44,140 nucleotides of DNA from Bacteroidales bacterium (GTDB lineage Bacteria; Bacteroidota; Bacteroidia; Bacteroidales; JAOZQN01): positions 10,595 through 54,734 of the forward strand of contig JAOZQN010000001.1 of the NCBI GenBank assembly GCA_029932195.1, read 5' to 3'. The position numbers and the translations under genes are program-made. This document shows positions 1-8,853 of this stretch, one piece after another. Every line of letters starts with the position of its first letter. The stretch's first letter is position 1. Below the pieces are notes generated by a model. The model was not told where the DNA came from. It worked only from the letters and a program-made list of their open reading frames with translations, and did no database searches.

Positions 1-1
1 G

Positions 2-244
2 GAAATTCATGCTGGTTCAACAGCAGGAAGCACAGCAGAAGCCAAAATGGTAATTAAAAATAATGGCAATATAGGTATAGGCACTACAACCCCAGAAACA
101 AAACTTGTAATAAAAGACGGTAGCAGTATGTATGTTCATATAGGAGCAGATGTTCCGGGAATAGCAGGCGATGCACCAACTGTCGCGTTCTCTCGTTATA
201 CAGGGGTAAGCGGATACAACTCTCATTATTACTACCAGACATGA
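2..244 (+). CDS. 5'-truncated upstream part of a fibre-like protein (GNIGIGTTTP repeat); probably joined to 267..800 across a frameshift
   Basis: Frame open from base 2 (EIHAGSTAGSTAEAKMVIKNNGNIGIGTTTPETKL...) to TGA at 242-244. The same GNxGIxTTTP repeat recurs in the next ORF. Confidence 0.6.
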   Translation, partial: EIHAGSTAGSTAEAKMVIKNNGNIGIGTTTPETKLVIKDGSSMYVHIGADVPGIAGDAPTVAFSRYTGVSGYNSHYYYQT

Positions 245-266
245 TGCTTATACAGGTGGATACGGA

Positions 267-800
267 TTGGCTTTTAATCGAACCGTAGGAGAACACGATA
301 TTTTAGATTGGGACGGAACAGGAACACCAACAACAAGCATGTTTGTTGGGTATAACGGAAATGTGGGTATAAACACAACAACTCCAATATACACACTAGC
401 AGTAAACGGCTCAGCAGGAAAACCAGGTGGAGGTTACTGGACAAACTGGTCTGATAAACAATTAAAAGACATAAATGGAGACTACGAAAAAGGTTTAGAT
501 GAGATAGTTAAATTACACACAGTAAAATATAAATACAAAAAAGACAATACACTTGATTTGCCAAGCAACGAAGAATATGTAGGTTTTATAGCCCAAGAAG
601 TTCAAGCAATATTTCCCGAAGCTGTAAGTAAAAGCGAAAACGGGTATTTAGATTTGAATGTAAATTCAATTAATATTGCAATGGTAAACGCAATAAAAGA
701 GCTAAAAGAAGAAAATGATAATCTAAAAGAAGAGAACGAAACCTTAAAAACAGAGTTTGAAGACTTGAAAATAAGAATAGAAAATTTAGAAAATAAATAA
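267..800 (+). CDS. C-terminal part of a fibre-like protein with peptidase S74 (intramolecular chaperone) domain and terminal coiled coil
   Basis: GNVGINTTTP, WTNWSDKQLK (SDxxLK), GFIAQEVQAIFPEAV, NAIKELKEEN coiled coil. Its frame is open from 210, overlapping the upstream fragment. Confidence 0.8.
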   Translation: MAFNRTVGEHDILDWDGTGTPTTSMFVGYNGNVGINTTTPIYTLAVNGSAGKPGGGYWTNWSDKQLKDINGDYEKGLDEIVKLHTVKYKYKKDNTLDLPSNEEYVGFIAQEVQAIFPEAVSKSENGYLDLNVNSINIAMVNAIKELKEENDNLKEENETLKTEFEDLKIRIENLENK

Positions 801-804
801 TACC

Positions 805-837
805 AAACCAGACAGGTCTTAAAGACCTGTCTGGTTT
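805..837. terminator. Perfect palindrome between convergent genes (REP-like or bidirectional terminator)
   Basis: aaaccagacaggtctt-a-aagacctgtctggttt followed by Ts. Confidence 0.7.
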
Positions 838-861
838 TTATAAAGGGGGGGCTCTAAAAAC

Positions 862-1632
862 TCAATATTTATAAAAACAAGCAGTTATATTATCTTTGCT
901 TCCATTTGCATAAGCCGAATTTACAAGAACTTCTGCTAAATTGCTATTTTTATAATTTGCTTCAATAAGTTCTGTAAGTTCTTTTTTAGAAAGATAGTCA
1001 TGCACTCCGTCAGAAAAAGCGAATAAAATATCACCATGTTCAAGCATATAATGCCCTTCAACATCAATTTTTATTTGGCTAATTTTCTGCCCAATTGCCG
1101 AAGTCATAATATTTCTTTTCGGGTGATTCACAGCTTCTTGTTCCGTAATTTCACCTCGTTCAACCATTCGTTGAACAAGCGAATGGTCTTTTGTAAGCTG
1201 AGTTAATTTTCTTTTGGAGTAAATATAAACTCTACTGTCTCCCACATTCAAAGTATAAAATTTATTTTCTTTGATAAAGAAGCCAGTTATAGTAGTCCCA
1301 CAATTCTTATATTCAGGCTGTTTCGTTACCTTCTCCAAGACAAGAGAAGCTGATTCTCTTGTGTTTTTATGCAAAAAATCAGGAATATCTTTAAATCTAT
1401 TTGTTTCAGAAAATTTATTTTCAAAAAGTTCTGTTATTGTTTTGCTTGCAAAATCGCCATGCCCATGCCCCCCTACTCCATCGGCAACCAAAATCAAACG
1501 GTTTCCATTTTTATCTTCCGAAATATAAAAATCGTCCTCCTGATTTTTTTTACGTCCTTTTATAGAATATGAACCTGTTAAAGATACAGTTTCGATATTA
1601 CTATTTGCTTTTTTTATGATTTTTTTGAGCAT
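862..1632 (-). CDS. PP2C/PPM-family Ser/Thr protein phosphatase (PrpC/Stp1-like)
   Basis: GRKKNQEDD, VADGVGG, GTT, NVGDSRVY, LTKDHS, SDG, GSKDNIT. Start moved to ATG at 1632 because the upstream extension is AT-rich and non-homologous. Confidence 0.9.
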   Translation of the reverse strand: MLKKIIKKANSNIETVSLTGSYSIKGRKKNQEDDFYISEDKNGNRLILVADGVGGHGHGDFASKTITELFENKFSETNRFKDIPDFLHKNTRESASLVLEKVTKQPEYKNCGTTITGFFIKENKFYTLNVGDSRVYIYSKRKLTQLTKDHSLVQRMVERGEITEQEAVNHPKRNIMTSAIGQKISQIKIDVEGHYMLEHGDILFAFSDGVHDYLSKKELTELIEANYKNSNLAEVLVNSAYANGSKDNITACFYKY

Positions 1633-1770
1633 AATTTTCTTATTTGTAAAAAATTTAAACAAAAATAAAATAAAAAAATCATTTATACTATTTTTATTAT
1701 TAAAAATAAATTTTTTATGTTTAGAAATGATGATTTTAAATATTTGCAAAAACTCAGGAATTTGAGTTTT

Positions 1771-1842
1771 TAGCATTTTTCTGAAATTAAAGAACCCTCA
1801 TTAATTAATCAATGAGGGTTCTTTAATTTCAAAAAAATGCTA
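1771..1842 (-). terminator. Long hairpin downstream of the 2006-2903 gene pair
   Basis: tagcatttttctgaaattaaagaaccctcatt ... aatgagggttctttaatttcaaaaaaatgcta. Confidence 0.65.
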
Positions 1843-1845
1843 TAA

Positions 1846-1966
1846 GAGCACTCCTAAAAACTCAAAAATCAAGGCTTTCAAAATTCTTAAAGTTTGAGTT
1901 TACTCCTGTAAATGAGTATTTTACTAATTTTGTATAACGCAGAGTTTTGGTTTTTTAGGAATGCCC
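1846..1966. mobile_element. 121-bp MITE-like element, distant relative of the 142-bp MITE
   Basis: TIR GAGCACTCCTAAAAA / TTTTTAGGAATGCCC (13/15), ATAA on both flanks. Shares the core aaaatcaaggc...agtttact..tgtaaatgagtatttta...aacgc.gag. Confidence 0.7.
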
Positions 1967-2005
1967 ATAAGATAATTGGTTTTCGTAACCATTGATGCTT
2001 AGAAT

Positions 2006-2461
2006 CTATTCAACATCAACTGCTTCTACTGTATTTTTTTCTTCATCTGCTTTTTTGTCTTCTTCTGTTACTTCTTCTTTAAGTTCGTCGTCTGTTGGAA
2101 ACTTTGTTATCATTCTTTTTTCGTGTTTTGTTAATCTCCATACCTGTGGAACTGGCTTTTTTGAATTTGCATTAAAAGCAATAAAAGCGTATCTACGAGC
2201 AATATAGGATTTATTTACCGCCCTACGATATTCTCCTTTTTGATAGTGAGAACGTGCTTCTTTCTGAATAATATTGGCTTTATGCAAGCAACCAGTATAT
2301 ATTTCATTCTTCTTCACCTTAACTCCTGTTTCCAACATCACAATATTTGTTTTGTTGATAAACGCTTTTGTTTCTATTTTTGTTGGTTTATTATTTTGTG
2401 CAAATAATGTTGCAGAAAATAAAAATACAAAACTTAGTGTAAATACGAGTGTTTTTTTCAT
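2006..2461 (-). CDS. Secreted hypothetical protein
   Basis: Signal peptide MKKTLVFTLSFVFLFSATLFA-Q, helical body, acidic tail. Confidence 0.75.
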   Translation of the reverse strand: MKKTLVFTLSFVFLFSATLFAQNNKPTKIETKAFINKTNIVMLETGVKVKKNEIYTGCLHKANIIQKEARSHYQKGEYRRAVNKSYIARRYAFIAFNANSKKPVPQVWRLTKHEKRMITKFPTDDELKEEVTEEDKKADEEKNTVEAVDVE

Positions 2462-2492
2462 TGTTTCTAAATATTAATTTGTTAATAATAAA

Positions 2493-2903
2493 TTACTTAT
2501 TTCCTTTTTGTTTACCCTTTCTTTTAGGAATTAATCTATTTTCATTATACCATTTTCGTTGGTCATCATCAAGTAGTGCTTTTACGTCTTGGTGCATTTT
2601 GGCTGTTTTTGTTACTAAATTTAACTTCTTATCTGCACCTTTTTTCAGATTATCATTAATTGCTGTCATATCAGCAGGATAGGTTTTCATTAACTCATTA
2701 TGCTTTTTATTTAGCTCTTTAATTTCTTCTCTTAGTGGTTTAGCTTCTTTTTTGTGAGACTCTCTAATTTTCTGAATATCAGCTTTTTGTGTTTCTGTTA
2801 GGTTAGGAATTGGCTCTAATTTTTTACCGTTTTGAGCATCTACACTAATTGTTAAAAACATAAAACTTGCAATTAAAATACTTAAAATTCCAATTTTTTT
2901 CAT
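2493..2903 (-). CDS. Spy/CpxP-like (LTXXQ) periplasmic protein
   Basis: Signal peptide from ATG 2903 (MKKIGILSIL...), LTETQK and LDDDQR motifs around a long helical region. Confidence 0.75.
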   Translation of the reverse strand: MKKIGILSILIASFMFLTISVDAQNGKKLEPIPNLTETQKADIQKIRESHKKEAKPLREEIKELNKKHNELMKTYPADMTAINDNLKKGADKKLNLVTKTAKMHQDVKALLDDDQRKWYNENRLIPKRKGKQKGNK

Positions 2904-3101
2904 AATTTTGTGGTTTTTTGACAGGTAAAACTGTCGATGAATAATTAAAAAAATATTTTTGTAAATATACAAATTCTAACAAAATAAACGTAATAAAAAA
3001 ACATTTATTTTTTTCAATAGGTATAAACTGTGAGAATAATACATATTGATTAGATTTTGTGAAAAATATTTCACAAAAAAAATAAATCTTAATTAAAAAC
3101 A

Positions 3102-4217
3102 ATGAAATACTACATAGTTGCAGGTGAGGCATCTGGCGATTTGCATGGAGCAAGTTTGATGCATAGCATAAAAAAACATGATAAAAATGCTGATTTTCGT
3201 TTTTTTGGAGGCAATTTGATGCAAAAAGAAGGTGGAACGCTTGTAAAACATTTTAAATCAATGGCATTTATGGGTGTTTTTATAGTGATTGCAAATATTC
3301 GCACCATCAAAAAAAATATGAATTTTTGTAAAAATGATATTTTAAATTTTCAGCCAGATATGCTAATTCTCATAGATTTTCCTGGATTTAATTTGAGAAT
3401 AGCTGAATTTGCACACAATAATAATTTGAAGGTATATTATTATATTTCGCCAAAAATTTGGGCATGGAATAAAAAACGAGCTAAAAAAATCAAACTTTAT
3501 ATTGATAAATTATTTGTAATTTTTCCTTTCGAAATAGATTTTTATAAGAATCTTGATTATAAAGTTGAATATTTTGGCAATCCAACCGTTGATGTTGTAG
3601 AAAATGAATTGAAAAATAAAATTACTTTTAATGAATTTATAAAAAAACATGAATTAAATAACAAACCAATTATAGCACTTTTACCCGGAAGTAGAAAACA
3701 AGAAATAAAAAAACTGTTGCCAGTAATGCTTCCTTTAATAGATAAATATAAAGATTATCAATTTGTTATAGGAGGAGTATCTTCGCTAGACAAGGAACTT
3801 TACCAGAGTGTTTACAAAGATATGGACATTAAAATAATTTTTGACCAAACTTATAAATTATTACAACATTCTACTGCTGCCATTGTTACTTCTGGAACAG
3901 CAACTTTGGAAACTGCACTTTTTGATGTTCCACAAGTAGTTTGTTATAAAGCAGGAGCTGTAAGCTATTTTATTGCTATAAATTTTGTAGTAAACATAGA
4001 GTTTTTTTCATTAGTAAACATTATTATGAAAAAAGAAATTATAAAAGAACTTTTACAAAAAAAATTACCAGAACGTATTGATAATGAACTAAATAAAATT
4101 TTAAATAATAATGAATATCGTTCTAAAATGTTAGAAAATTATCAAAAATTAAAGAATACACTTGGCAAAAGTGGTTCGCCAGAAAGAACCGCTAAATTTA
4201 TTGTTTTTAGTCTTTAG
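3102..4217 (+). CDS. lpxB: Lipid-A-disaccharide synthase
   Basis: AGEASGDLHG, IDFPGFN, YYISPKIWAW, LLPGSRKQE, SGTATLE. Confidence 0.97.
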   Translation: MKYYIVAGEASGDLHGASLMHSIKKHDKNADFRFFGGNLMQKEGGTLVKHFKSMAFMGVFIVIANIRTIKKNMNFCKNDILNFQPDMLILIDFPGFNLRIAEFAHNNNLKVYYYISPKIWAWNKKRAKKIKLYIDKLFVIFPFEIDFYKNLDYKVEYFGNPTVDVVENELKNKITFNEFIKKHELNNKPIIALLPGSRKQEIKKLLPVMLPLIDKYKDYQFVIGGVSSLDKELYQSVYKDMDIKIIFDQTYKLLQHSTAAIVTSGTATLETALFDVPQVVCYKAGAVSYFIAINFVVNIEFFSLVNIIMKKEIIKELLQKKLPERIDNELNKILNNNEYRSKMLENYQKLKNTLGKSGSPERTAKFIVFSL

Positions 4218-4260
4218 CTTTTGGCTTTACGCAAAGCGTTGCAAATAAGTATAAAAAAAA

Positions 4261-4324
4261 CACGATAACACGACAACACGACAACACGATAACTCAAAAA
4301 CACAATAACACGATAACTCAAAAA
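4261..4324 (+). repeat. Eight tandem degenerate 8-mers (CACGAYAA / CTCAAAAA) abutting the metF start
   Basis: cacgataa cacgacaa cacgacaa cacgataa ctcaaaaa cacaataa cacgataa ctcaaaaa cc ATG. Confidence 0.85.
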
Positions 4325-4326
4325 CC

Positions 4327-5280
4327 ATGAAAATACCAGAAATATTAAATAATTCAAAAAAAACGCTCTTTTCTTTTGAACTTCTACCACCACTTAAAGG
4401 TGGAAGTATCAAAGATATATACGATGTAATTGATCCTTTAATGGAATTTAAGCCACCCTATATAAATGTAACTTATCATCAGCAAGAAATTGTTTTGAAA
4501 AAGCTAAAAAATGGGCTTTTGCAACAAAAAACTGTCAGAAAACGTCCTGGAACTGTGGCAATGGCAGCGGCTATAAAAAATAAATATAAGGTAGAACTTG
4601 TGCCGCATTTAATTTGTGGAGGATTTTCAAAAGAAGAAACCGAAAATGCTCTGATAGACCTTAATTTTCTGGGTATAAATAATATACTTGCTTTGCGGGG
4701 AGATATTCAAGCAGGGCAAAAAAGTTTTATGAAAGACGACGAAGGGCATAACCATGCTTTGGGACTTGTAAATCAGATTTCGGAACTTAATAAAGGTAAA
4801 TATTTGGACGACGAATTACACAACAAACAAGCAACAGATTTTAGTGTAGGAATAGCTGGTTACCCCGAAAAACACCCAGAAGCTCCAAACATGGAAATGG
4901 ATATTATTTACTTAAAGAAAAAAATTGAAGCAGGTGCAGAATTTATTGTAACACAGATGTTTTTTAACAATAAAAAATATTTTGATTTTGTAAAACTCTG
5001 CAGAGAAAATGATATAAATGTTCCAATTATTCCAGGTCTAAAACCAATTTCTACTGAAAGTCAGCTCAGTATTTTGCCACGAATTTTTAGTATAGATATT
5101 CCCAAAGAATTAACTCGTGAAATAATTAATTGCACAGACAAAAAACACATCAAAGAAGTTGGTATTGAATGGGCTATAAAACAATCCAAAGAACTAAAAA
5201 ACGCAGGAGTTCCTGTAATACATTACTACACAATGGGAAAATCTACTAATATTCAAAAAATCGCAGAACAGGTTTTTTAA
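4327..5280 (+). CDS. metF: Methylenetetrahydrofolate reductase
   Basis: FSFELLPP, PHLICGG, LALRGD, AGYPEKHPE, TQMFF, HYYTM. Confidence 0.96.
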   Translation: MKIPEILNNSKKTLFSFELLPPLKGGSIKDIYDVIDPLMEFKPPYINVTYHQQEIVLKKLKNGLLQQKTVRKRPGTVAMAAAIKNKYKVELVPHLICGGFSKEETENALIDLNFLGINNILALRGDIQAGQKSFMKDDEGHNHALGLVNQISELNKGKYLDDELHNKQATDFSVGIAGYPEKHPEAPNMEMDIIYLKKKIEAGAEFIVTQMFFNNKKYFDFVKLCRENDINVPIIPGLKPISTESQLSILPRIFSIDIPKELTREIINCTDKKHIKEVGIEWAIKQSKELKNAGVPVIHYYTMGKSTNIQKIAEQVF

Positions 5281-5365
5281 TAGTTTTTAGTGAGTTAGGA
5301 AAGAGGTTTTTAGGAGTTAGGAAAATTATTTTAAATATAATTATCATATAATAAAATTTAAAGCA

Positions 5366-5929
5366 ATGAAAATTAATAAATTAGTGGTTTTTCTATTATT
5401 TGTCATGTCGCTTTCTTTTTTTAATTGCAGTAACGAAAAAACAGTTGAATATGATAATGGTATTTATATTGGAGAAATGAAGGGTGATTTGAAAGAAGGA
5501 ATGGGATATTTCATATGGAATGATGGGGAGTATTATAAAGGTGAATGGGAAAATGATAACATAGAAGGGCAAGGAACTTATTCGTATGCAAATGGAGATA
5601 AATATATAGGTAAATTTAAAAATGACAAATTAAATGGATATGGAATTTACAGTTATAAAGATGGAGATAAATATGAAGGTGAATTTATAAATAATTTAAA
5701 AGAAGGTTATGGAAATTATTATTATTCAAATTGGGATATATATGAAGGTGAATGGGAAAAAGGTTTAAAAGAAGGAGATGGTATTTTCTTTTTTGCAAAT
5801 GGAGATAGGTATAATGGAAAATGGGGTAATGATAAACCTAATGGAAAGGGAACTTTCACTTATTCTGATGGAACAATAGAAAAAGGTACTTGGAAAAACG
5901 ATGAGTTAATAAAAGAAATGGATTATTAG
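5366..5929 (+). CDS. MORN-repeat lipoprotein
   Basis: Lipobox-like FFNC, tandem YxGxWxxxxxxGxGxYxYxxGD repeats. Confidence 0.9.
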   Translation: MKINKLVVFLLFVMSLSFFNCSNEKTVEYDNGIYIGEMKGDLKEGMGYFIWNDGEYYKGEWENDNIEGQGTYSYANGDKYIGKFKNDKLNGYGIYSYKDGDKYEGEFINNLKEGYGNYYYSNWDIYEGEWEKGLKEGDGIFFFANGDRYNGKWGNDKPNGKGTFTYSDGTIEKGTWKNDELIKEMDY

Positions 5930-5945
5930 AAATACAGCATTAAAA

Positions 5946-6554
5946 ATGAAAATAAAATCATCATTTTCAAAAAGCAGAGAGGAAATTGACGATGAGTATA
6001 AAATTATACTTTTGGCAAAACTGAATCCTGACAAATTTGAGATACTTTATAATAGGTATTACAAAGATATTTTTGCCTTTATATATACCCGAACCAGCAA
6101 CGAAAATTTAACCGCAGATATTTGTTCACAAGTTTTTTTGAAAGCAATGCTAAATATAAAAGCATATCAAAATAAAGGTGTTCCTTTTTCTGCGTGGCTG
6201 TATAGAATAGCTATAAATGAGGTTAATACATTTTTCAGAAAGACTAAAAGAATAAGAACCATTAATATTGACGATGCAGCAATTGGCTCTTTGGCAGATG
6301 ATATTGATTTGGAAAATAGGGAGGAAAAATATGATTATATCTTAAAGCAAATCAGTTCTTTGCCTGCAAAATCTATGCAATTGATAGAACTTCGCTTTTT
6401 TGAAAAACGCTCTTACGAAGAGATTGCCAAAATACTTAATATATCAGTTTCAAATGCAAAAGTAAAAGTGCATCGTATTATTAGTAAGTTAAAGAAAAAA
6501 GCACAAAATACAGCCGAAAATTTTGCATTTTTGGTAATATCATTTTTTGCATAA
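5946..6554 (+). CDS. ECF RNA polymerase sigma-70 factor
   Basis: Region 2 (DICSQVFLKA, FSAWLYRIAIN) and region 4 (SYEEIAKILNISVSNAKVKVHR). Confidence 0.93.
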   Translation: MKIKSSFSKSREEIDDEYKIILLAKLNPDKFEILYNRYYKDIFAFIYTRTSNENLTADICSQVFLKAMLNIKAYQNKGVPFSAWLYRIAINEVNTFFRKTKRIRTINIDDAAIGSLADDIDLENREEKYDYILKQISSLPAKSMQLIELRFFEKRSYEEIAKILNISVSNAKVKVHRIISKLKKKAQNTAENFAFLVISFFA

Positions 6555-6570
6555 ATAATACATGAAAACA

Positions 6571-6691
6571 GGTTGCATGTTGCATGTTCCGCAAAGCGAT
6601 TATTAATTGCGTTTCATAATTTTATTCTTTGCAAAAAGAAATTCTTTTTTCGCTTTGCGTAACTTGCAACCTGTAATCTGCAACCTGTAAC
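6571..6691. repeat. Inverted heptamer arrays with inner CGCAAAGCG / CGCTTTGCG
   Basis: ggttgcatgttgcatgttc-cgcaaagcg ... cgctttgcg-taacttgcaacctgtaatctgcaacctgtaac. Confidence 0.8.
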
Positions 6692-6704
6692 ACACTCAAA
6701 TAAA

Positions 6705-6983
6705 ATGGATAAATACAAATTCAATAGAAAAAGGAAAAAACTTTCTGATAAAGAAATTGAAAAACACAAAAACTTTAAAAAATTAAGGGCAAATTACGAC
6801 ATAGCCACAAAATTATATAAAATTAGATTAACAGATCGTAAAAACAAGCGTATCTTTCTGTGGGTTTTGATATTAGCACTAATTATTTACCTTATTTTTT
6901 CGTCTAGAGAAGCCACAAAAAACAAAGCACCAGAACAAGATAGTGTGAAAATTGAAAAGAGAATACAAGAAAATCCAAATTAA
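6705..6983 (+). CDS. Small single-pass membrane protein after the ECF sigma gene (possible anti-sigma)
   Basis: Basic N-terminus, one TM helix (IFLWVLILALIIYLIF). The anti-sigma role is inferred from position only. Confidence 0.6.
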   Translation: MDKYKFNRKRKKLSDKEIEKHKNFKKLRANYDIATKLYKIRLTDRKNKRIFLWVLILALIIYLIFSSREATKNKAPEQDSVKIEKRIQENPN

Positions 6984-6990
6984 TACGATT

Positions 6991-7025
6991 TAGTCAAGGC
7001 TTCACATAAAGTTAAGCCTTGACTA
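6991..7025. terminator. Hairpin between convergent genes
   Basis: tagtcaaggctt...aagccttgacta. Confidence 0.7.
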
Positions 7026-7059
7026 TTTAATTTCAAATAACAAAAAAAAATAATATTTT

Positions 7060-7464
7060 TTATTCTCCAAGTTGCATCTTAAGTGCTTCGTCCATAAAGT
7101 CTTTTTTATCCGAAAAAACTACCCATACTCCGTCTGTGTTTTCAAATACTCCATTGCCATTTTTGGAGGTAAATTCCATTGTTTCTGCATTTAATTTAAA
7201 TTTTTCCATATTTTTGAATTCAAATACTTCATCAAACATTTCTGGTGGGGGCAACATTCCTTCTATTTCTGAAAATTTTGCCGTATATACTCCTTCTTCT
7301 GATACTTCTACAAACATAGAATATGATTCATCATGTCCTCCCATTGTGTAATAACCAGCTATTTCAAATTTAGGACTTTTATTTTTAACATTACTGGAAG
7401 TGTTGCATGAATAAATTGTAATAACTGCAAATAGTAATAATAATACGATTGATTTCTTTTTCAT
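7060..7464 (-). CDS. Hypothetical lipoprotein
   Basis: MKKKSIVLLLLFAVITIYS-C lipobox. Confidence 0.75.
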   Translation of the reverse strand: MKKKSIVLLLLFAVITIYSCNTSSNVKNKSPKFEIAGYYTMGGHDESYSMFVEVSEEGVYTAKFSEIEGMLPPPEMFDEVFEFKNMEKFKLNAETMEFTSKNGNGVFENTDGVWVVFSDKKDFMDEALKMQLGE

Positions 7465-7542
7465 TTTATCTTTTATTGGTTAATAATTAAGTGTTTTTTT
7501 CTGCAAAGGTTTACATAAATATGAATCAATGCAGTTGTTAAA

Positions 7543-7550
7543 CAAAGATA
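7543..7550 (-). promoter_or_regulatory. Bacteroidota -7 promoter element (TATCTTTG)
   Basis: Matches TAnnTTTG about 80 bp upstream of 7464. Confidence 0.5.
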
Positions 7551-7666
7551 TAAAAAAAAAAGAAATAATCTAAATTTTATGCAAAGGAAAATAAATATGT
7601 TTTTTTTGTAACCTTTTTTATTTTTTGAGTTATGGTTTTAATTACTAACCCATAAATTTATTTAAG

Positions 7667-8344
7667 ATGAAAAATTTAAGCATTGTTTTAGTATTATTGG
7701 TATTTATTTTAACAAATACAGAGGCACAAAATTCGGAAGTTACTTCTACCGTAAATATCACAGTAACAGACATGCAGAACGTGCCAAGCGAAGGAGATAA
7801 ATTGTATTTTGTGAGCCAAACCACAAACGAAATTTTCACTTGCGTAACAGGAGAAGGTGGAAAATGTGTAATTGAATTGGCAAATGGACAAATTTTTAAC
7901 ATAAAAATAAAAACCTTTGACCAGGCACAAAATTACACCTCCGTAGAAATTGCAAATACCGATTATCACATGAATTTAGAGCTAACAATAAAGTATGAGT
8001 TGCCAAAAACTTACACATTAAACGATGTGAAATTTGCGATGGGTAGTTCTAATTTGGTAGCCAGTTCTTTTGCTTCATTAAATGAGCTTGCAGAGTTGAT
8101 GCTACTAAAAAAAGAACTCAAAATTGAACTCGCTGGGCATACGGATAATGTTGGAAATGATCAATCTAACTTACAACTTTCGCAAGCAAGAGCAAATTCG
8201 GTTAAAAATTACTTGGTGAAAAAAGGCGTGCCTTCTTCACAACTTATTGCAAAAGGCTATGGCGAAACATCTCCAATAGCCAGCAACGACACTCCCGAAG
8301 GTAAACAAAAAAATAGAAGAACAGAAGTGCATATTCTGGAATAA
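7667..8344 (+). CDS. OmpA-family peptidoglycan-binding protein
   Basis: Signal peptide, GHTDNVG, NLQLSQARANSV, GYGE, NRRTE. Confidence 0.93.
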   Translation: MKNLSIVLVLLVFILTNTEAQNSEVTSTVNITVTDMQNVPSEGDKLYFVSQTTNEIFTCVTGEGGKCVIELANGQIFNIKIKTFDQAQNYTSVEIANTDYHMNLELTIKYELPKTYTLNDVKFAMGSSNLVASSFASLNELAELMLLKKELKIELAGHTDNVGNDQSNLQLSQARANSVKNYLVKKGVPSSQLIAKGYGETSPIASNDTPEGKQKNRRTEVHILE

Positions 8345-8353
8345 AAATAAAAT

Positions 8354-8515
8354 GAGTGTGTAACATATTAGTGGTGTTACATGTTACATATAATCCGTAG
8401 AGACGTGATTTATCACGTCTTCATGTAGAGGTTTACGTATTTGCAGGGTAAGACGTGATTTATCAAGTCTCTACGAGATTTTTGATATGAACTCCCTCCA
8501 ATATGTTACATACTC
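8354..8515. mobile_element. 162-bp MITE-like element enclosing an inverted GTAG-REP doublet (8397-8474)
   Basis: TIR GAGTGTGTAACATATT / AATATGTTACATACTC, AAAT on both flanks. Inner gtagagacgtgatttatcacgtct...agacgtgatttatcaagtctctac. Confidence 0.75.
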
Positions 8516-8637
8516 AAATAAGATGTTTGCAGATTGTAAGTTCCGCAAAGTAAAATAGTAAGAACTTTTTCTGAAAAACAAGTTATGTTTTTTTATATTA
8601 TTCTTCGTCTATTAATATTCTTTATATTTTTATCATT

Positions 8638-8779
8638 GAGTCCACTCCGAGAAGTGTATTTTTGCCAAAATCAAGGCGAATACGGATTTTATAAACGAAG
8701 TTTACTTCTTGTAAATGAGTATTTTAAAATTTGTATCCAACGCCGAGTTTGGCAAAAATATGCTTTTTGGAGTGGACTC
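8638..8779. mobile_element. 142-bp MITE, copy 1
   Basis: TIR GAGTCCACTCC...GGAGTGGACTC, highly similar to 12019-12160 and 29147-29288. Flanks atcatt / attatt. Confidence 0.9.
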
Positions 8780-8853
8780 ATTATTGAAAAAAAACAAAAT
8801 TAATAATAATATTTGAAAAAATATACTTACCTTGCGGAATTAAATAATCTAAA

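Noticed and set aside
2-800. Prophage tail fibre or prophage boundary
   Set aside because: No phage genes, integrase or att site downstream. S74-bearing fibres also occur in non-phage Bacteroidota genes. The upstream context is not visible.
1633-1776. N-terminal extensions in the ORF track (also 2904-2972, 18290-18367, 32082-32093, 34766-34843)
   Set aside because: AT-rich read-through lacking family motifs; downstream ATGs give proper signal peptides or family starts.
4261-4324. Possible CRISPR or iteron array among the repeats
   Set aside because: Units are 7-8 bp tandem with no unique spacers, the MITE copies are kilobases apart, and there are no cas or rep genes.
8585-8803. 72-aa ORF similar to the 62-aa ORF at 29145-29333, looking like a small paralog family
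   Set aside because: Both are translations of the 142-bp MITE, and the same frame has a TAG in copy 2.
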